From assembly GCA_963734495.1 (NCBI GenBank), contig CAVTHK010000013.1, positions 192,001-256,000 on the forward strand: a stretch of DNA of 64,000 nt, in the 5' to 3' direction. Below the pieces are notes generated by a model. It was given only the letters and a program-made list of their open reading frames with translations, was not told the DNA's origin and did no database searches. Each line of letters opens with the position of its first letter. The stretch's first letter is position 1. The DNA is from an uncultured Spirochaetota bacterium. GTDB taxonomy: Bacteria; Spirochaetota; Spirochaetia; SZUA-6; CAVTHK01. Positions 51,138 through 64,000 of the stretch are shown here, in pieces. The position numbers and the translations under genes are program-made.

Positions 51138-51857
51138 TCAGAGCGCGAGGAGCGCCGCCGCTTCGGCCGTCCACAGCCCGCGCAGGGTCTCGACCTGCAG
51201 CGCCTCGGCGAGCTCCGCGACGAAGCGCCTGCGGGACATCTGCACCGCGCCGAGGCTCGCCAGGTGCCGCGTCGGGGCCTGGCAGTCGATCATGGCGAAG
51301 CCCTTGGCCCTGACCCACTCCACGAGATGGAAGAGCGCCACCTTGGACGCGTTGGGCTCGAGCGAGAACATCGACTCGCCGCAGAAGACGCGGCCGAGCG
51401 ACAGGCCGTACAGGCCCCCGACCAGCGCGCCGTCGCGCGAGACCGAGACGCTGTGCACGTAGCCGGCCTCGTGGAGTCGCGTGTAGGCCTCGACGAACTT
51501 CGGCGTGATCCAGGTGCCTTCCTGGCCCGGCCGCGGCACCGACGAGCAGCCTCGGATCACGCCCGCGAAGTCGACGTCGAAGGCAACGCGGAAGCGCCGC
51601 TGGCGGACCACCCGCTGGAGCCGCTCGGTCGCGCGGTAGTCCTCGGGATAGAGCACCATCCGCGGGTCGGGCGAAAACCACATGAGGGGCGGCTGATCGA
51701 ACCAGGGGAAGATGCCGCGCGAGTAGGCCTCCAGCAGCACCGGCTCGCTCAGGTCGCCGCCGATCGCGACCAGGCCGTGCCGGTCCGGCCGCAGGTTAGC
51801 GGGAAAGAAGGGCGGGCTCGCGGGATCGACAATATGGGGCAGGACGTACAGCCGCAT
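51138..51857 (-). CDS. aat: Leucyl/phenylalanyl-tRNA--protein transferase
   Basis: [38 protein letters not shown]. Confidence 0.95.
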   Translation of the reverse strand: MRLYVLPHIVDPASPPFFPANLRPDRHGLVAIGGDLSEPVLLEAYSRGIFPWFDQPPLMWFSPDPRMVLYPEDYRATERLQRVVRQRRFRVAFDVDFAGVIRGCSSVPRPGQEGTWITPKFVEAYTRLHEAGYVHSVSVSRDGALVGGLYGLSLGRVFCGESMFSLEPNASKVALFHLVEWVRAKGFAMIDCQAPTRHLASLGAVQMSRRRFVAELAEALQVETLRGLWTAEAAALLAL

Positions 51858-51903
51858 TCCCTCGCACCCGTCCGCGCGGCCGCGGCCGCCGGAGCGAAGC
51901 CCG

Positions 51904-52617
51904 CTACCGGCTGTCGCGCCGCTTGACCATCTCGGACCGCCAGGCGCGCAGCTCGGCCATCGTGGGCCGCACGCCCGACTTGATCCGCTCGCGCAGCCGC
52001 TCGAGCATCGGCTCCTCGGCGCGCTGGACCGCGCGGCACGCGTCGGCCAGCTCGGCGGCGGCCGCGCCGCGGGATCAGCAGCGCCCCGTGCTGGTCGGCG
52101 AACAGCAGGTCGCCGGGCCGCACGACGAGGCCGCCGACGGTCACCGGGCAGGCCGCGGCCTCGATGTGCACGTTGGCGTGCGACACGAGCACGCAGCGCG
52201 CCAGGTAGCCGAAGCCGAGCGCCGCCACCTCGTCGAGGTCGCGCACGCCGCCGCTGGTGATCGTGCCGATGCAGCCGAGGGCGAGGTGAGTGGTCACCTG
52301 CACCTCGCCCCAGAACGAGCCCACGGGGTCGGCGTCGAGGTCCTCGATGACCGCGATGGTCGGGCCCTCGGCGGAGCGGACGTGCTCGTAGTAGGCAAAG
52401 GAGAGCTCCTTCTGCTCGTCGGTCGGCAGCGTGGAGGCGCGGATCTTTGCCGTGACCGCGTAGCCGACGAACGGCCGCTCCGGCTTGAGCACCGCGCGGA
52501 TCTCCGAGCGCATGAAGCCCTCGGCCTTGGGCCGCAGCCCGAAGCGCTGGATCGCGTTGCTGACGGTCGGCGAGTCGAACTGCCGCAGCTCCTCGAGCTG
52601 CGCCGTGCTGAGCTTTG

Positions 52618-52621
<4 letters not shown>
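51904..52621 (-). CDS. RraA/HMG aldolase family protein (frameshift near 52070)
   Basis: [33 protein letters not shown]-terminus in another frame. Confidence 0.8.
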
Positions 52622-55060
<2,439 letters not shown>

Positions 55061-55066
55061 GCGGCG

Positions 55067-55095
55067 ATAATAGCGGCGGGGATGGGGGATGACAA
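55067..55095 (-). promoter_or_regulatory. leuS promoter (leaderless-type)
   Basis: TTGTCA, 17 bp, TATTAT, 6 nt before ATG, no RBS. Confidence 0.6.
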
Positions 55096-55165
55096 CCCGC
55101 AGGGACCCTGCTATGATCCGGCCTTCCGCGCGGGGGCTGTACCAGGCCTCCCGCGGCGGCAACCC

Positions 55166-56206
55166 ATGACCCCTGTCGAACGTTTTCACAGGACCGCACG
55201 TTTTGAGCCCGTAGACCGCCTGCCGCTTATGGAGTGGGCGCCCTGGCGCGAGGACACCCTCAGCCGGTGGTACACCGAGGGGCTCCCTCGGGAGATCCAC
55301 GACGCGCGGGAAATCTGCGGGCAGCTCGGGCTCGACGGCCACAGGCGGCTGCGGCTCTTCGCGCGCGGCGCCGCCTGCCCGCCTCCCCCGCCTCACGGGG
55401 CGCTGGTCGACGGGGCAGACGCCTACCGCGCGCTCCGCGGCCACCTCTACCCGCGCCCGCGCCTGCGCACCCACCCGGCCGCGCCGGATCTCGGCGCCTG
55501 GGCCCGCGAGCACGAGGAGGGCGCGAGCCTCGTTTCCCTCACGCTCGACGGCTTCTGCTGGTACCCGCGAACCCTGCTCGGAGCCGAGCGTCACTTCTAC
55601 GCCTTTCACGACGACCCCGCCCTGCTGCACGCGATGAACGGCGATCTCGCCGACTACGTCGAGTGGGCGATCGACCAAGTGTGCCGCCTCGTGACGCCCG
55701 ACTTCGTCGTCTTCACCGAGGTCCTCGCCCACGGCCCGGGCCGGGTGATCTCTCGCGAGCTGTTCGACGAGTTCCTGGCGCCCTACTATCGCCGCGTGCT
55801 GCCCGCCCTCGCGGGCCGCGGGATCGTGACGCTGGTGGCCGCCGACGGCGAGCTTTCGACCGCGGCTCCCTGGTTCGAGGAGGTGGGCGTCGGCGGCGCC
55901 GCCACGCTGGAGCGGAGCGCGGGCGCGGACCCGCTCGCTCTCCGCGCCGCGCGCCCGCGCTTCCTGCTGATGGGGGGAGTGGACGCGAGCCTGCTGTGCC
56001 GCGGCGCAGAGATGCCGGGCCTGCAGGCGGAGCTCGAGCGGCTGCTCCCGGTCATGCGGTCCGGCGGCTTCTTCCCCTGCCTCGACTGCAGCGCGCCGGC
56101 CGCGATCTCCCTCGCACGGTACCGATCCTACGTGGCGCTCCTCGGAGGGTACTGCGGCCAGGCGGGCGCGGCGGATCCCGCCGCCGGGACCGTCGCCTCG
56201 CCGTAG
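55166..56206 (+). CDS. Uroporphyrinogen decarboxylase/methyltransferase (URO-D) superfamily protein
   Basis: MTPVERF...[34 protein letters not shown]. Confidence 0.75.
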   Translation: MTPVERFHRTARFEPVDRLPLMEWAPWREDTLSRWYTEGLPREIHDAREICGQLGLDGHRRLRLFARGAACPPPPPHGALVDGADAYRALRGHLYPRPRLRTHPAAPDLGAWAREHEEGASLVSLTLDGFCWYPRTLLGAERHFYAFHDDPALLHAMNGDLADYVEWAIDQVCRLVTPDFVVFTEVLAHGPGRVISRELFDEFLAPYYRRVLPALAGRGIVTLVAADGELSTAAPWFEEVGVGGAATLERSAGADPLALRAARPRFLLMGGVDASLLCRGAEMPGLQAELERLLPVMRSGGFFPCLDCSAPAAISLARYRSYVALLGGYCGQAGAADPAAGTVASP

Positions 56207-56238
56207 GCTCCGGCAGGCCGCCCGCGCCCGCGCAGGCC

Positions 56239-56673
56239 CTACCGCTTCTTCAGCGCGTCGCGGATCTCGGTGAGGATGCGCACCTCGTCGCTCGGCTTCG
56301 CCGGCGCGGCCGGCTTTGCCTCTTCCTTGCGCTTGAGCACGTTGATCCCCTTGATCAGGATGAACACCGAGAACGCCACGATCACGAAGCTCACGACTTT
56401 GTTGACGAACATGCCGTAGTTCAGTGTGACCGCTCCGGCCTGCTGCGCGACCGCGAGGCTCACGTAGGGTCCCGGCGTCGCTCCGGGTTTCAGCACGACG
56501 AACAGGTTCGAGAAGTCGATGTTCCCGAGCAGCAGCCCGATCGGCGGCATGATCACGTCGGCCACCAGCGACGACACGATCGCGCCGAAAGCGGCACCGA
56601 TGATGATGCCGACGGCCATGTCCACGACGTTTCCCTTGACGGCGAACTCCTTGAACTCCTTGACAAGACCCAT
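56239..56673 (-). CDS. mscL: Large-conductance mechanosensitive channel
   Basis: [30 protein letters not shown]. Confidence 0.96.
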   Translation of the reverse strand: MGLVKEFKEFAVKGNVVDMAVGIIIGAAFGAIVSSLVADVIMPPIGLLLGNIDFSNLFVVLKPGATPGPYVSLAVAQQAGAVTLNYGMFVNKVVSFVIVAFSVFILIKGINVLKRKEEAKPAAPAKPSDEVRILTEIRDALKKR

Positions 56674-56831
56674 GCAGCCCTCCGTTCTATTATTCGTTGC
56701 GCGCCCAGTCTACCACAGGCGGCCCGGGCGGGCGTAGGGCGAGCGAGCGAGGCTCGCCCCGCGCGGCCGCGCGTGCTTATCTTGGCTTGGAAGCCGCTTG
56801 TGGCGCGGCGCGCGCCCTGCAGGGGGTGGTC

Positions 56832-57473
56832 ATGGAGATCGGTATCATCGGCTCGGGCACCGTGGGACAGCACCTCGCCCTGGGGTTCCAGAGGCTCCGC
56901 CACCGCGTGACCATAGGCACGCGCACGCCGGAGAAGCTCCGCGAGTGGATCGCGGGCCAGGCCAAAGGCATCCAGGCCGCGAGCCCCGCCGAAGCGGCCG
57001 GCGCCGAGCTGCTTGTCGTGGCGACCGCGTGGTCCGGCACAGAGGCCGCGCTCCGCTCCGCCGGGATCGAGCGCTTCGCCGGCAAGGTCGTCATCGACGT
57101 CACGAACCCGCTCGTCTTCGACGGCCAGGGAGGGCCTCCCAGGCTTGCCCTCGGCTACCCGCTGTCGGGGGGGGCCGCGGTCCAGAAGTGGCTGCGCGGC
57201 GCGAGGGTCGTCAAGTGCTTCAACATCATCACCGCCGGCTACATGACGGACGCGGCACAAGCGACGAGCGATCCCGACATGTTCCTCGCGGGCGACGACC
57301 CGGCGGCCAAGCAGACAGTCGCGGAGATCGCCCGCGCGTGGGGCTGGTCGGTGCACGACGTCGGCGGCATCGAGATGTCCTACCTTCTCGAGGCGCTCGG
57401 CATGCTCTGGATCGTGTACGGCTTCCAGCACGGCCACTGGACCCACATCTTCAAGCTCATGAACAAAAAATGA
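56832..57473 (+). CDS. NADP oxidoreductase (F420-dependent family)
   Basis: GIIGSGTVG, VIDVTNPL, VVKCFN, AGDD. Confidence 0.85.
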   Translation: MEIGIIGSGTVGQHLALGFQRLRHRVTIGTRTPEKLREWIAGQAKGIQAASPAEAAGAELLVVATAWSGTEAALRSAGIERFAGKVVIDVTNPLVFDGQGGPPRLALGYPLSGGAAVQKWLRGARVVKCFNIITAGYMTDAAQATSDPDMFLAGDDPAAKQTVAEIARAWGWSVHDVGGIEMSYLLEALGMLWIVYGFQHGHWTHIFKLMNKK

Positions 57474-57518
57474 AGGTGGCCCGGCCGCTCGGATGCGGCG
57501 GCTCGCCGCCCCCGCGGG

Positions 57519-58613
57519 CTACTCCCGCAGCTTCCGGATGACCGCCGTCCCCGCCTCGCGCGTGCCCGCGCCGCCGCCGACGTCGACCGTCAGCGCGGAA
57601 CCGTCGGCGAGCGCGGAGGCCACGGCTGCCTCGATCGCGGCCGCGGCGCCGGCGGCGCCGGTGTCGCCGTGACGATCCGCGAGCCACGACAGCATCATGG
57701 CCGCCGACAGAATCGTGGCCGCCGGGTTCGCGCGGTTGCGGCCGGCGATGTCCGGCGCCGAGCCGTGGGCCGGCTGGAAGAGCCCGTGCGCGTCGCCCAC
57801 GTCCGCGGACGGCGCCATGCCGAGGCCCCCGACGGTCGCGGCCGAGAGGTCGGAGATGATGTCGCCGAACATGTTCTCCGCCACGACCACGTCGAAGTCC
57901 CAGGGCCTCAGCACCTGGTACGCGGTCATGGCGTCCACATAGGCGTAATCGCGGCCGATCTCGGGCCAGGCCGCCGCCGTGTCGTCGAAGACCTTTCGGA
58001 AGAAGGCATACGAGCGGAGGACGTTCGACTTGTCGACGCAGGTGACCTGGCTGCGGCCGTCGCGGGGGCGGCCCTTGCGGGTGCGCGCGAGGCGGAAGGC
58101 CGCCTCGACGATCTTGCGCGTCCCTTCCCTCGTGACGACGAGGCTGTCGACCACGACCTCGTCGCGCACGGCGCACCCGCCGCCGCGGGAGGCGTAAAGC
58201 CCTTCGACGTTCTCGCGGACGACGACGTAGTCGATGCCGCGGCCCGCGTCGCGCAGGGGCGAGGCCACCCCGGGCAGCAGCTTCACGGGCCGGATGCCCG
58301 CGTACAGGTCGAGCCCGAAGCGCAGGCGGAACATGGCGTCGCCCGCGACCTCGGTGCCGTCGGGGTGCCGCACCTCGGGCAGCCCGATCGCGCCGAGCAG
58401 GATGGCGTCGGCGTCGCCGCAGGCGGTGTACACCGACTCGGGCAGGGTCACGCCCGTCCGCCTGAAGAGATCCGCGCTCGCCTCGAAGCGTTCGAGCTCG
58501 AGCGTCACGCCCCTGCGGGGAGCGACGGCTTCCAGAACGCGCACCGCCTCCCCGATGACTTCGGGCCCGATCCCGTCGCCCGGGACCACGGCGACCTTGT
58601 AGCTGCGGCTCAC
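57519..58613 (-). CDS. Isocitrate/isopropylmalate/tartrate dehydrogenase family protein
   Basis: GDGIGPEV, VRENVEG, DKSNVL, NMFGDIISD, HGSAPDIAG; substrate not assignable. Confidence 0.88.
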   Translation of the reverse strand: MSRSYKVAVVPGDGIGPEVIGEAVRVLEAVAPRRGVTLELERFEASADLFRRTGVTLPESVYTACGDADAILLGAIGLPEVRHPDGTEVAGDAMFRLRFGLDLYAGIRPVKLLPGVASPLRDAGRGIDYVVVRENVEGLYASRGGGCAVRDEVVVDSLVVTREGTRKIVEAAFRLARTRKGRPRDGRSQVTCVDKSNVLRSYAFFRKVFDDTAAAWPEIGRDYAYVDAMTAYQVLRPWDFDVVVAENMFGDIISDLSAATVGGLGMAPSADVGDAHGLFQPAHGSAPDIAGRNRANPAATILSAAMMLSWLADRHGDTGAAGAAAAIEAAVASALADGSALTVDVGGGAGTREAGTAVIRKLRE

Positions 58614-58729
58614 TGATCCTGCCTCCCGGCGTGACCCTACCCCGCCGCGCGCAGCACGTCTACCGGCGGTCAGGTTGACGGCGGCGCCCTCTGATGACTA
58701 ACCTTCCCGCGGTTGCGCAGGGAGGTCCC

Positions 58730-59140
58730 ATGCCTTTCGGCTCCGTCAACTACCTTGCGGTCGTGGTCGGCACGCTCTTCAACATGGTACTCGGCTTCCT
58801 CTGGTACGGCCCGATCCTCGGCAAGGCCTGGCTCGCCGAGATGGAAAAGGCGGGGCGCAAGCGCGAGGACATGAAGGGCTCCGGCGGGATGTACGCTCTT
58901 ACTCTGATCGTCGCTTTCGTCTCGTCGCTGGCGATGGCCCTGATCATCAAGGCGGCGGGAGCCTCGACCGCGGGCGGAGGCGTGCTCTGGGGCGCGGTCG
59001 TGTGGATCGGAGTCGGCGCGGCAACGGCGCTCACCAGCACCACGTTCGAAGGAAGGCGCGTCGCCCTCTGGCTCATCGGGAGCCTCTACTACCTGGTCGT
59101 CTTCGCCGTGCAGGGCGCACTGTACGCGCTGTGGCCGTGA
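58730..59140 (+). CDS. DUF1761 family membrane protein
   Basis: NYLAVVV...GFLWYGPILGKAW, four TM helices; GGAGG RBS. Confidence 0.8.
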   Translation: MPFGSVNYLAVVVGTLFNMVLGFLWYGPILGKAWLAEMEKAGRKREDMKGSGGMYALTLIVAFVSSLAMALIIKAAGASTAGGGVLWGAVVWIGVGAATALTSTTFEGRRVALWLIGSLYYLVVFAVQGALYALWP

Positions 59141-59165
59141 CGAGCTCACCACGGAGGTGCACGGA

Positions 59166-60045
59166 ATGCCGCGCATAGCGAATCCTTACGGCGACGTTTC
59201 GCAGGCTCGATTCCGGCTCAAGGGCAACCTGCACGCCCACACGACCCTGAGCGACGGCATGCTCGAGCCGCAACAGGTCATCGACGCGTACGCCGAGCGG
59301 GGCTACGGGTTTCTCGCGATCACCGACCACGACCGCCTCGCGGATGCCCGCGCTCTCGAGACCTGGGCGGACCGGGGGATGGTGCTCATACCCGGCAACG
59401 AGATCAGCGCCGGCGGCTGCCATATCCTGCACGTGAACGCGGCGCAGCTCGTCGCTCCGCATCCCGACAGGCAGAAAGTGATCGAGGAGATCCGCCGCAC
59501 CGGAGGCTTCGCCGTCGTCAACCATCCCAACTGGCAGACGCGCTTCGACCACTGCCCGATCGCGGACATGGAGCGCTGGCAGGGCTACGCGGGCCTGGAG
59601 ATCTACAACGGCGTGATCCTGCGTCATCCGGGCAGCCCCTATGCGACGGGCAAGTGGGACATGCTTCTGAGCGCGGGCAGGCGCGTGTGGGGGTTCGCCA
59701 ACGACGACTTCCCACGCCCCCGAGGACCTGGCGCTCGGTTGGAACGTCGCGTTCTGCGGCGAGCGCTCTGCCGCGGGAGTCGCCGCGGCCCTGTCGCGGG
59801 GTGCCTTCTACGCTTCGACCGGCGTCGTCATCACGGACATCGGCGTGAACGGCCTCTCCATCACGGTGCGGACCGAGAACGCGAGCAAGGTCGCCGCCCT
59901 GGTCGACTACGGCCGCCGGATCGCTCAGAGCCGCGGCCCCGCGATCACCGTGGAGGTCCCGCCCGGCGTCCGCTACGTGCGCTTCGAGTGCTGGGGCGGC
60001 GGGGAACAGCAGGCCTGGACTCAGCCGTTCTTCGTCGAGGCCTGA
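59166..60045 (+). CDS. PHP-fold metallohydrolase (CehA/McbA-like; frameshift near 59711)
   Basis: KGNLHAHTTLSDG, AITDHD, NHP; the DDFH motif is broken by an extra C; C-terminus YVRFEC...AWTQP in another frame. Confidence 0.8.
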
Positions 60046-60698
60046 CCCGGCGCATCGCGCACGTCGTCGAGCGAAACCGCGGCCAGTGACGGGAACGCGC
60101 GGTCGGCGAGCCTGCCGATGCGCGGGTCCTGCATGCTCGGCACGACGAAACACGACATGCCGGCCGCTTTCGCGGCGCGCACTCCGTGCAGGCTGTCCTC
60201 GAACACCAGGCAGCGCTCCGGCGCCGCGCCCAGAAGCCGGGCCGCGGCGAGAAAGACGTCCGGAGCAGGCTTGCCCGCGCGCACGCTCTCGCTCGATACG
60301 ACCGCCTGGAAGAGCCCGGCCCACCCCGCGCGGGCGAGCACGCTGCGGATCGCCTCCTCGGGCGAGCCGGAGGCCACGGCCAGCGGGTAGTGCGGCGCGA
60401 GGGCCCGGATCAGGGCGTCGGCGCCGTCGAGCGCGGGCACCGGCCTCGAAAAGGCCTGCAGCAGGAAGCGGCGCATCATCCCGCCGCACTCGTCGTCGCT
60501 GCGGCCGGACACGCCGAGCTCGCGCCGGATCGTCGCTCCCACGTCGTGGGCGTTCTGCCCCTTGTACTTGAGCGCGATCTCGGGCCTGTACGCGGAGCCG
60601 AGAGCCGCGAACAACCGCTCCTCGGCCTCCCGCCAGACGGGACCGCTCGCCACGAGCGTGTCGTCCATGTCGAAGATGACGGCCGCCTTGTCGTTCAT
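60021..60698 (-). CDS. HAD family phosphatase
   Basis: FDMDDTL, VASGS, GKPAPD, VFEDS. Confidence 0.88.
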   Translation of the reverse strand: MNDKAAVIFDMDDTLVASGPVWREAEERLFAALGSAYRPEIALKYKGQNAHDVGATIRRELGVSGRSDDECGGMMRRFLLQAFSRPVPALDGADALIRALAPHYPLAVASGSPEEAIRSVLARAGWAGLFQAVVSSESVRAGKPAPDVFLAAARLLGAAPERCLVFEDSLHGVRAAKAAGMSCFVVPSMQDPRIGRLADRAFPSLAAVSLDDVRDAPGQASTKNG

Positions 60699-60755
60699 CG
60701 GTGGCCGCACATTGCAGAGCGCGCCGGCCGCGGTCAAGCGACCCGCGCGGAAACG

Positions 60756-60783
60756 TTGACAATGCAGCGGAGACCAGTATAGT
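60756..60783 (+). promoter_or_regulatory. Promoter of the sulfatase/ABC locus
   Basis: TTGACA, 16 bp, TATAGT. Confidence 0.65.
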
Positions 60784-60800
60784 TGGCCTCGGAGTGCCCC

Positions 60801-62219
60801 GTGAGCAAGCGTCCTAATCTGCTGTACGTCCTCGCGGATCAGCTCCGATTCCAGTCGGTCGGCTGCAACGGGGACCGCAGGGCGCAGACACCCGGCATCG
60901 ACCGCCTCGCCTCACAGGGCGTGAGCTTCGTCAACGCCGTCTCGAGCACGCCGGTCTGCGCCGCCTACCGCGCTTCGCTGTTCACCGGCAAGTACACCAC
61001 GAGCACCGGAATGGTGATCAATGAGCTGCGCATCAGCCCGCAGCATCGCTGCCTGGGCCACGTGGTCACCGAGGCCGGCTACCAGACTGCCTACATCGGC
61101 AAGTGGCACCTCTGGGCGAACCAGCTCGGCAATCACCTCGACCCGAAGAACTCGTTCACGCCCCGCGGCCCGTACAGGCTCGGCTTCGACGGCTTCTGGG
61201 CCTCCTACGGCTTCCATCACGAGTACTGGGACGCCTACTACCACACCGAGAGCCCGGAGAAGATCGTGATCCCCGGCTACGAGCCGGACGGGCAGACGGA
61301 CCTGGCGATCCGCTGGCTGCGGGAGCAGCGGGACCCGGCGTCCCCGTTCTGCATGGTCCTCTCCTACGGGACGCCGCACGACCCCTGGGGCAGCGACAAC
61401 GTGCCGGAGGAATACTGGCGGAGGTTCGCCGCGGCCGACTTCACTTATCCTCCCAACTACCTGCCGGTGAACGACGACCCTTACGCGGACGCGTGGGCCA
61501 GGTTCAAGCCGGGCGAGCGGGAGAAGCTTCCGGACTGGATGCGCGGCTACTACGCCATGGCCGCGAATCTCGACTGGAACATCGGGCGGCTGCTCGCCGC
61601 CGTGGACGAGATGGGCCTGGCGGGCGACACGATCCTCGTCTTCACCTCGGACCACGGCGAGATGTTCGGCGCGCACGGCAGGCGCGCCAAGAACATCTTC
61701 TACGAGGAGGCGGCGCGCGTGCCGTTCCTGCTGCGCTGGCCGGGCCGCGTGGCGGCGGGCAGCGTCTGCGACGCGTGCCTGGGCACGGTGGACATCCTTC
61801 CGACGCTGCTCGGGTTGGCGGGGCTGGAAGTGCCGCGCGAAGTCGAGGGCATGGACCTGAGCCTGCGCGCGCAGGGCCGGCCGGGTCCCGAGCCCGACGC
61901 GGCGTTCCTCCAGAACACCGGCGCCTGCGCGGCGTGGGAGGACGGCCACGAGTGGCGCGCGCTCCGCGACAAGCGGTACACGTACGCGAAGTACCGGGTC
62001 GACGGCCGCGAGCTTCTGTTCGACAACGCCGCCGATCCTCTGCAGATGCGTGACCTGGCAGGCGAGAGGGCGCACGCGGCGACCCTGGAGCGTTTCCGCC
62101 GGCTGCTGGCTTCGAGGATGGAGGCGCTGAACGACACGTTCCCCGCGAGCACCTGGTACAGGGACCACTGGATCGAGGACCGCGTCATCAGGCGGACGGC
62201 GACGGTGAATCCCGTCTGA
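60801..62219 (+). CDS. Sulfatase (formylglycine-dependent)
   Basis: PNLLYVLADQ, CAAYRASLFTG, GKWHL, TPHDP, FTSDHGE. Confidence 0.92.
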   Translation: MSKRPNLLYVLADQLRFQSVGCNGDRRAQTPGIDRLASQGVSFVNAVSSTPVCAAYRASLFTGKYTTSTGMVINELRISPQHRCLGHVVTEAGYQTAYIGKWHLWANQLGNHLDPKNSFTPRGPYRLGFDGFWASYGFHHEYWDAYYHTESPEKIVIPGYEPDGQTDLAIRWLREQRDPASPFCMVLSYGTPHDPWGSDNVPEEYWRRFAAADFTYPPNYLPVNDDPYADAWARFKPGEREKLPDWMRGYYAMAANLDWNIGRLLAAVDEMGLAGDTILVFTSDHGEMFGAHGRRAKNIFYEEAARVPFLLRWPGRVAAGSVCDACLGTVDILPTLLGLAGLEVPREVEGMDLSLRAQGRPGPEPDAAFLQNTGACAAWEDGHEWRALRDKRYTYAKYRVDGRELLFDNAADPLQMRDLAGERAHAATLERFRRLLASRMEALNDTFPASTWYRDHWIEDRVIRRTATVNPV

Positions 62220-62271
62220 CGCGCACGAGCGTCCGTTGGACGCAAGGCATAGACCGGAGAGGAGGAGTACC

Positions 62272-63526
62272 GTGAAACGCAACGCAATCATCCGTGCTGG
62301 CGCTGCTGGTGGCCGCGACGCTCGCATTCGCGGGCGCGCAGTCCGAAGGCAAAGCTGCGGGCAAGGTGACGCAGATCAAGTACTGGGCGCTGTTCGGAGG
62401 GTCGGACAGCGAGATCATGGAGCTCATGGTCAAGAGCGCCAACGCGGCGATGCCGAAGATCCAGACAGAGGTCACATTCGTGACCCAGAACTACTACCCG
62501 CAGCTCTCGGCCGCGATCGCGGGCGGCACACCGCCCGACGTGGCGATCTCCCACACGCGCAACATCCCGGCCATGGCCTCGGAGCAGCTTCTCTACACCT
62601 GGGACGAGGCGCTCGCGAAAAAGGGCATCAGCGAGAAGGACTTCGTCCCGATCGCCTGGAACGGCGGCTCGATCGGCGGAAAGCGCTACGGCGTGCCGCT
62701 GGACGTGATCGTGGGGCTGGTCAACTTTTACAACACCGATCTCTACAGCAAAGCCGGGCTCAAGGATGAGCCGAAGAACGCGGCGGAGTTCGTCTCCTTC
62801 TCGCAGAAGATCAAGGAGGCGACGGGAGTGTGGGGGACCAACGTGCCCCTGACCGGCATCCTGCTGTACCGCTACTGGTTCAGCGGCATGTACCAGGACG
62901 GCGGGACGCTGCTCACCGCGGATCTCAAGAAGGCCGCCTTCAACAGCCCCTCGGGCATCAAGAGCCTCCAGTTCTGGTCCGACGCGGTCTACAAGAACAA
63001 GATCAGCTCGGAGAAGCCCATGGGCGAAGGCGAAGGGTTCCGCTTCGGGAAGCTCGGCATGCAGCTCGACGGCGTCTGGAACATCAACGGGTTCCGCCAG
63101 CAGCAGAACCTCAAGTGGGACATCTTCCCCAACACCGCGCTCTTCAAGCCGGGCAACCGGGCCTATTTCGCCAACTCCCACAACTTCATCCTGCCCAGGC
63201 CCAGGAACGTCGACGCCGCCCGGCGCGACGCCGCCATGACCTTCGTCCTGTGGATGAGCGAGAACAGCTATCCCTGGGGTGAGAAGGCCGGCATGCTCGT
63301 GGCCCGCAAGAAAGTCCAGGACGACCCGAAGTACCAGGCCTACCCCTACATGAAGGCGCTGATCACGCAGGCCAACGACGCGACCTATCCCCCGAACGTC
63401 AAGGCGACCAACGAGGTGCAGGACGCGATCTTCAAGCAGCTCGAGTTCGTGATGGCGCAGAAGAAGAGCGTCCAGCAGGGCCTCGCCGACGGCGAGTCCG
63501 AGGTCAACAAGATCCTGGCGCAGTAG
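62272..63526 (+). CDS. Carbohydrate ABC transporter substrate-binding protein (frameshift near 62293)
   Basis: GGAGGAG RBS and GTG AAA CGC are out of frame with the rest of the signal peptide; AGGTPPDV, YGVPLD, FYNTDL. Confidence 0.85.
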
Positions 63527-63592
63527 CATTCCTGTGGCGGGCCGGGTACGCGCCCGGCCCGCCGCTTCATGTCGAGGATCGGGGAGGTGTCC

Positions 63593-64000
63593 GTGGCCGC
63601 GAGACAGGGCTTGAGCGTTCGCAGCGACAGCGTCGCGGCGTATCTCTTTCTCCTTCCCTACGCCCTGCTCTTCATCCCCTTCCGGATCTACCCGGTGTTC
63701 TCGGGCCTCGCCCTCAGCCTCTACAAGCGCGACATCCTCGGCCTCGAGAACCAGTTCATCGGCCTGGCCAACTTCGCGAAGGCGCTGTCGGACAACGTGT
63801 TCTGGACGTCGCTCTGGAACACGATCCGCTACACCCTGATCAGCACGCCGATCATGGTCCCCGCCGGGCTGCTCCTGGCCCTGGGCCTCTCCCGCAGGTC
63901 GGGGAGCAGCACGATCTTCCGCGTCGTATTCTTCATGCCGCGCGTGGTGTCGGTGGCGGTCGCGACCCTGGTGTGGCGGTGGATCTACCAGGCCGAGTTC
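63593..64000 (+). CDS. Carbohydrate ABC transporter permease (partial)
   Basis: GGAGG RBS; AYLFLLP, FIGLANF, FWTSLWNT, FRVVFFMP. Confidence 0.85.
   Translation, partial: MAARQGLSVRSDSVAAYLFLLPYALLFIPFRIYPVFSGLALSLYKRDILGLENQFIGLANFAKALSDNVFWTSLWNTIRYTLISTPIMVPAGLLLALGLSRRSGSSTIFRVVFFMPRVVSVAVATLVWRWIYQAEF

Overview
High-GC (roughly 70% by eye) bacterial chromosomal segment, most likely a spirochaete (inferred from protein styles, not from a search). Most of it is housekeeping: dksA-like, infA, a MoxR-DUF58-VWA (Bat-type) operon, argJ, aroA, hisA, pepT, comM, a pyruvate dehydrogenase operon, ferredoxin, an nqrBCDEF-like operon lacking nqrA, nfo, rlmE, purA, glgP, aat, leuS, mscL, and a sulfatase with a sugar ABC transporter. 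Three non-coding structures stand out. (1) A lower-GC island of about 7.4 kb between pepT and comM (18.3-25.8 kb) is an integron-type cassette array with no integrase in the window. It has five ~110 bp attC-like repeats plus remnants, cassette ends that base-pair with each other, two toxin-antitoxin cassettes with their own promoters, and a candidate attI/Pc region. (2) A ~130 nt multi-hairpin candidate small RNA at 40.85-40.98 kb presents an anti-Shine-Dalgarno sequence in a loop. (3) Nested inverted repeats fill the 1.2 kb fdx-nqr intergenic region. Many genes look leaderless. At least eight genes, including the essential leuS, carry small frameshifts that are probably sequencing or assembly indels. 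I saw no rRNA, tRNA or CRISPR array. All family assignments come from motif recognition by eye.
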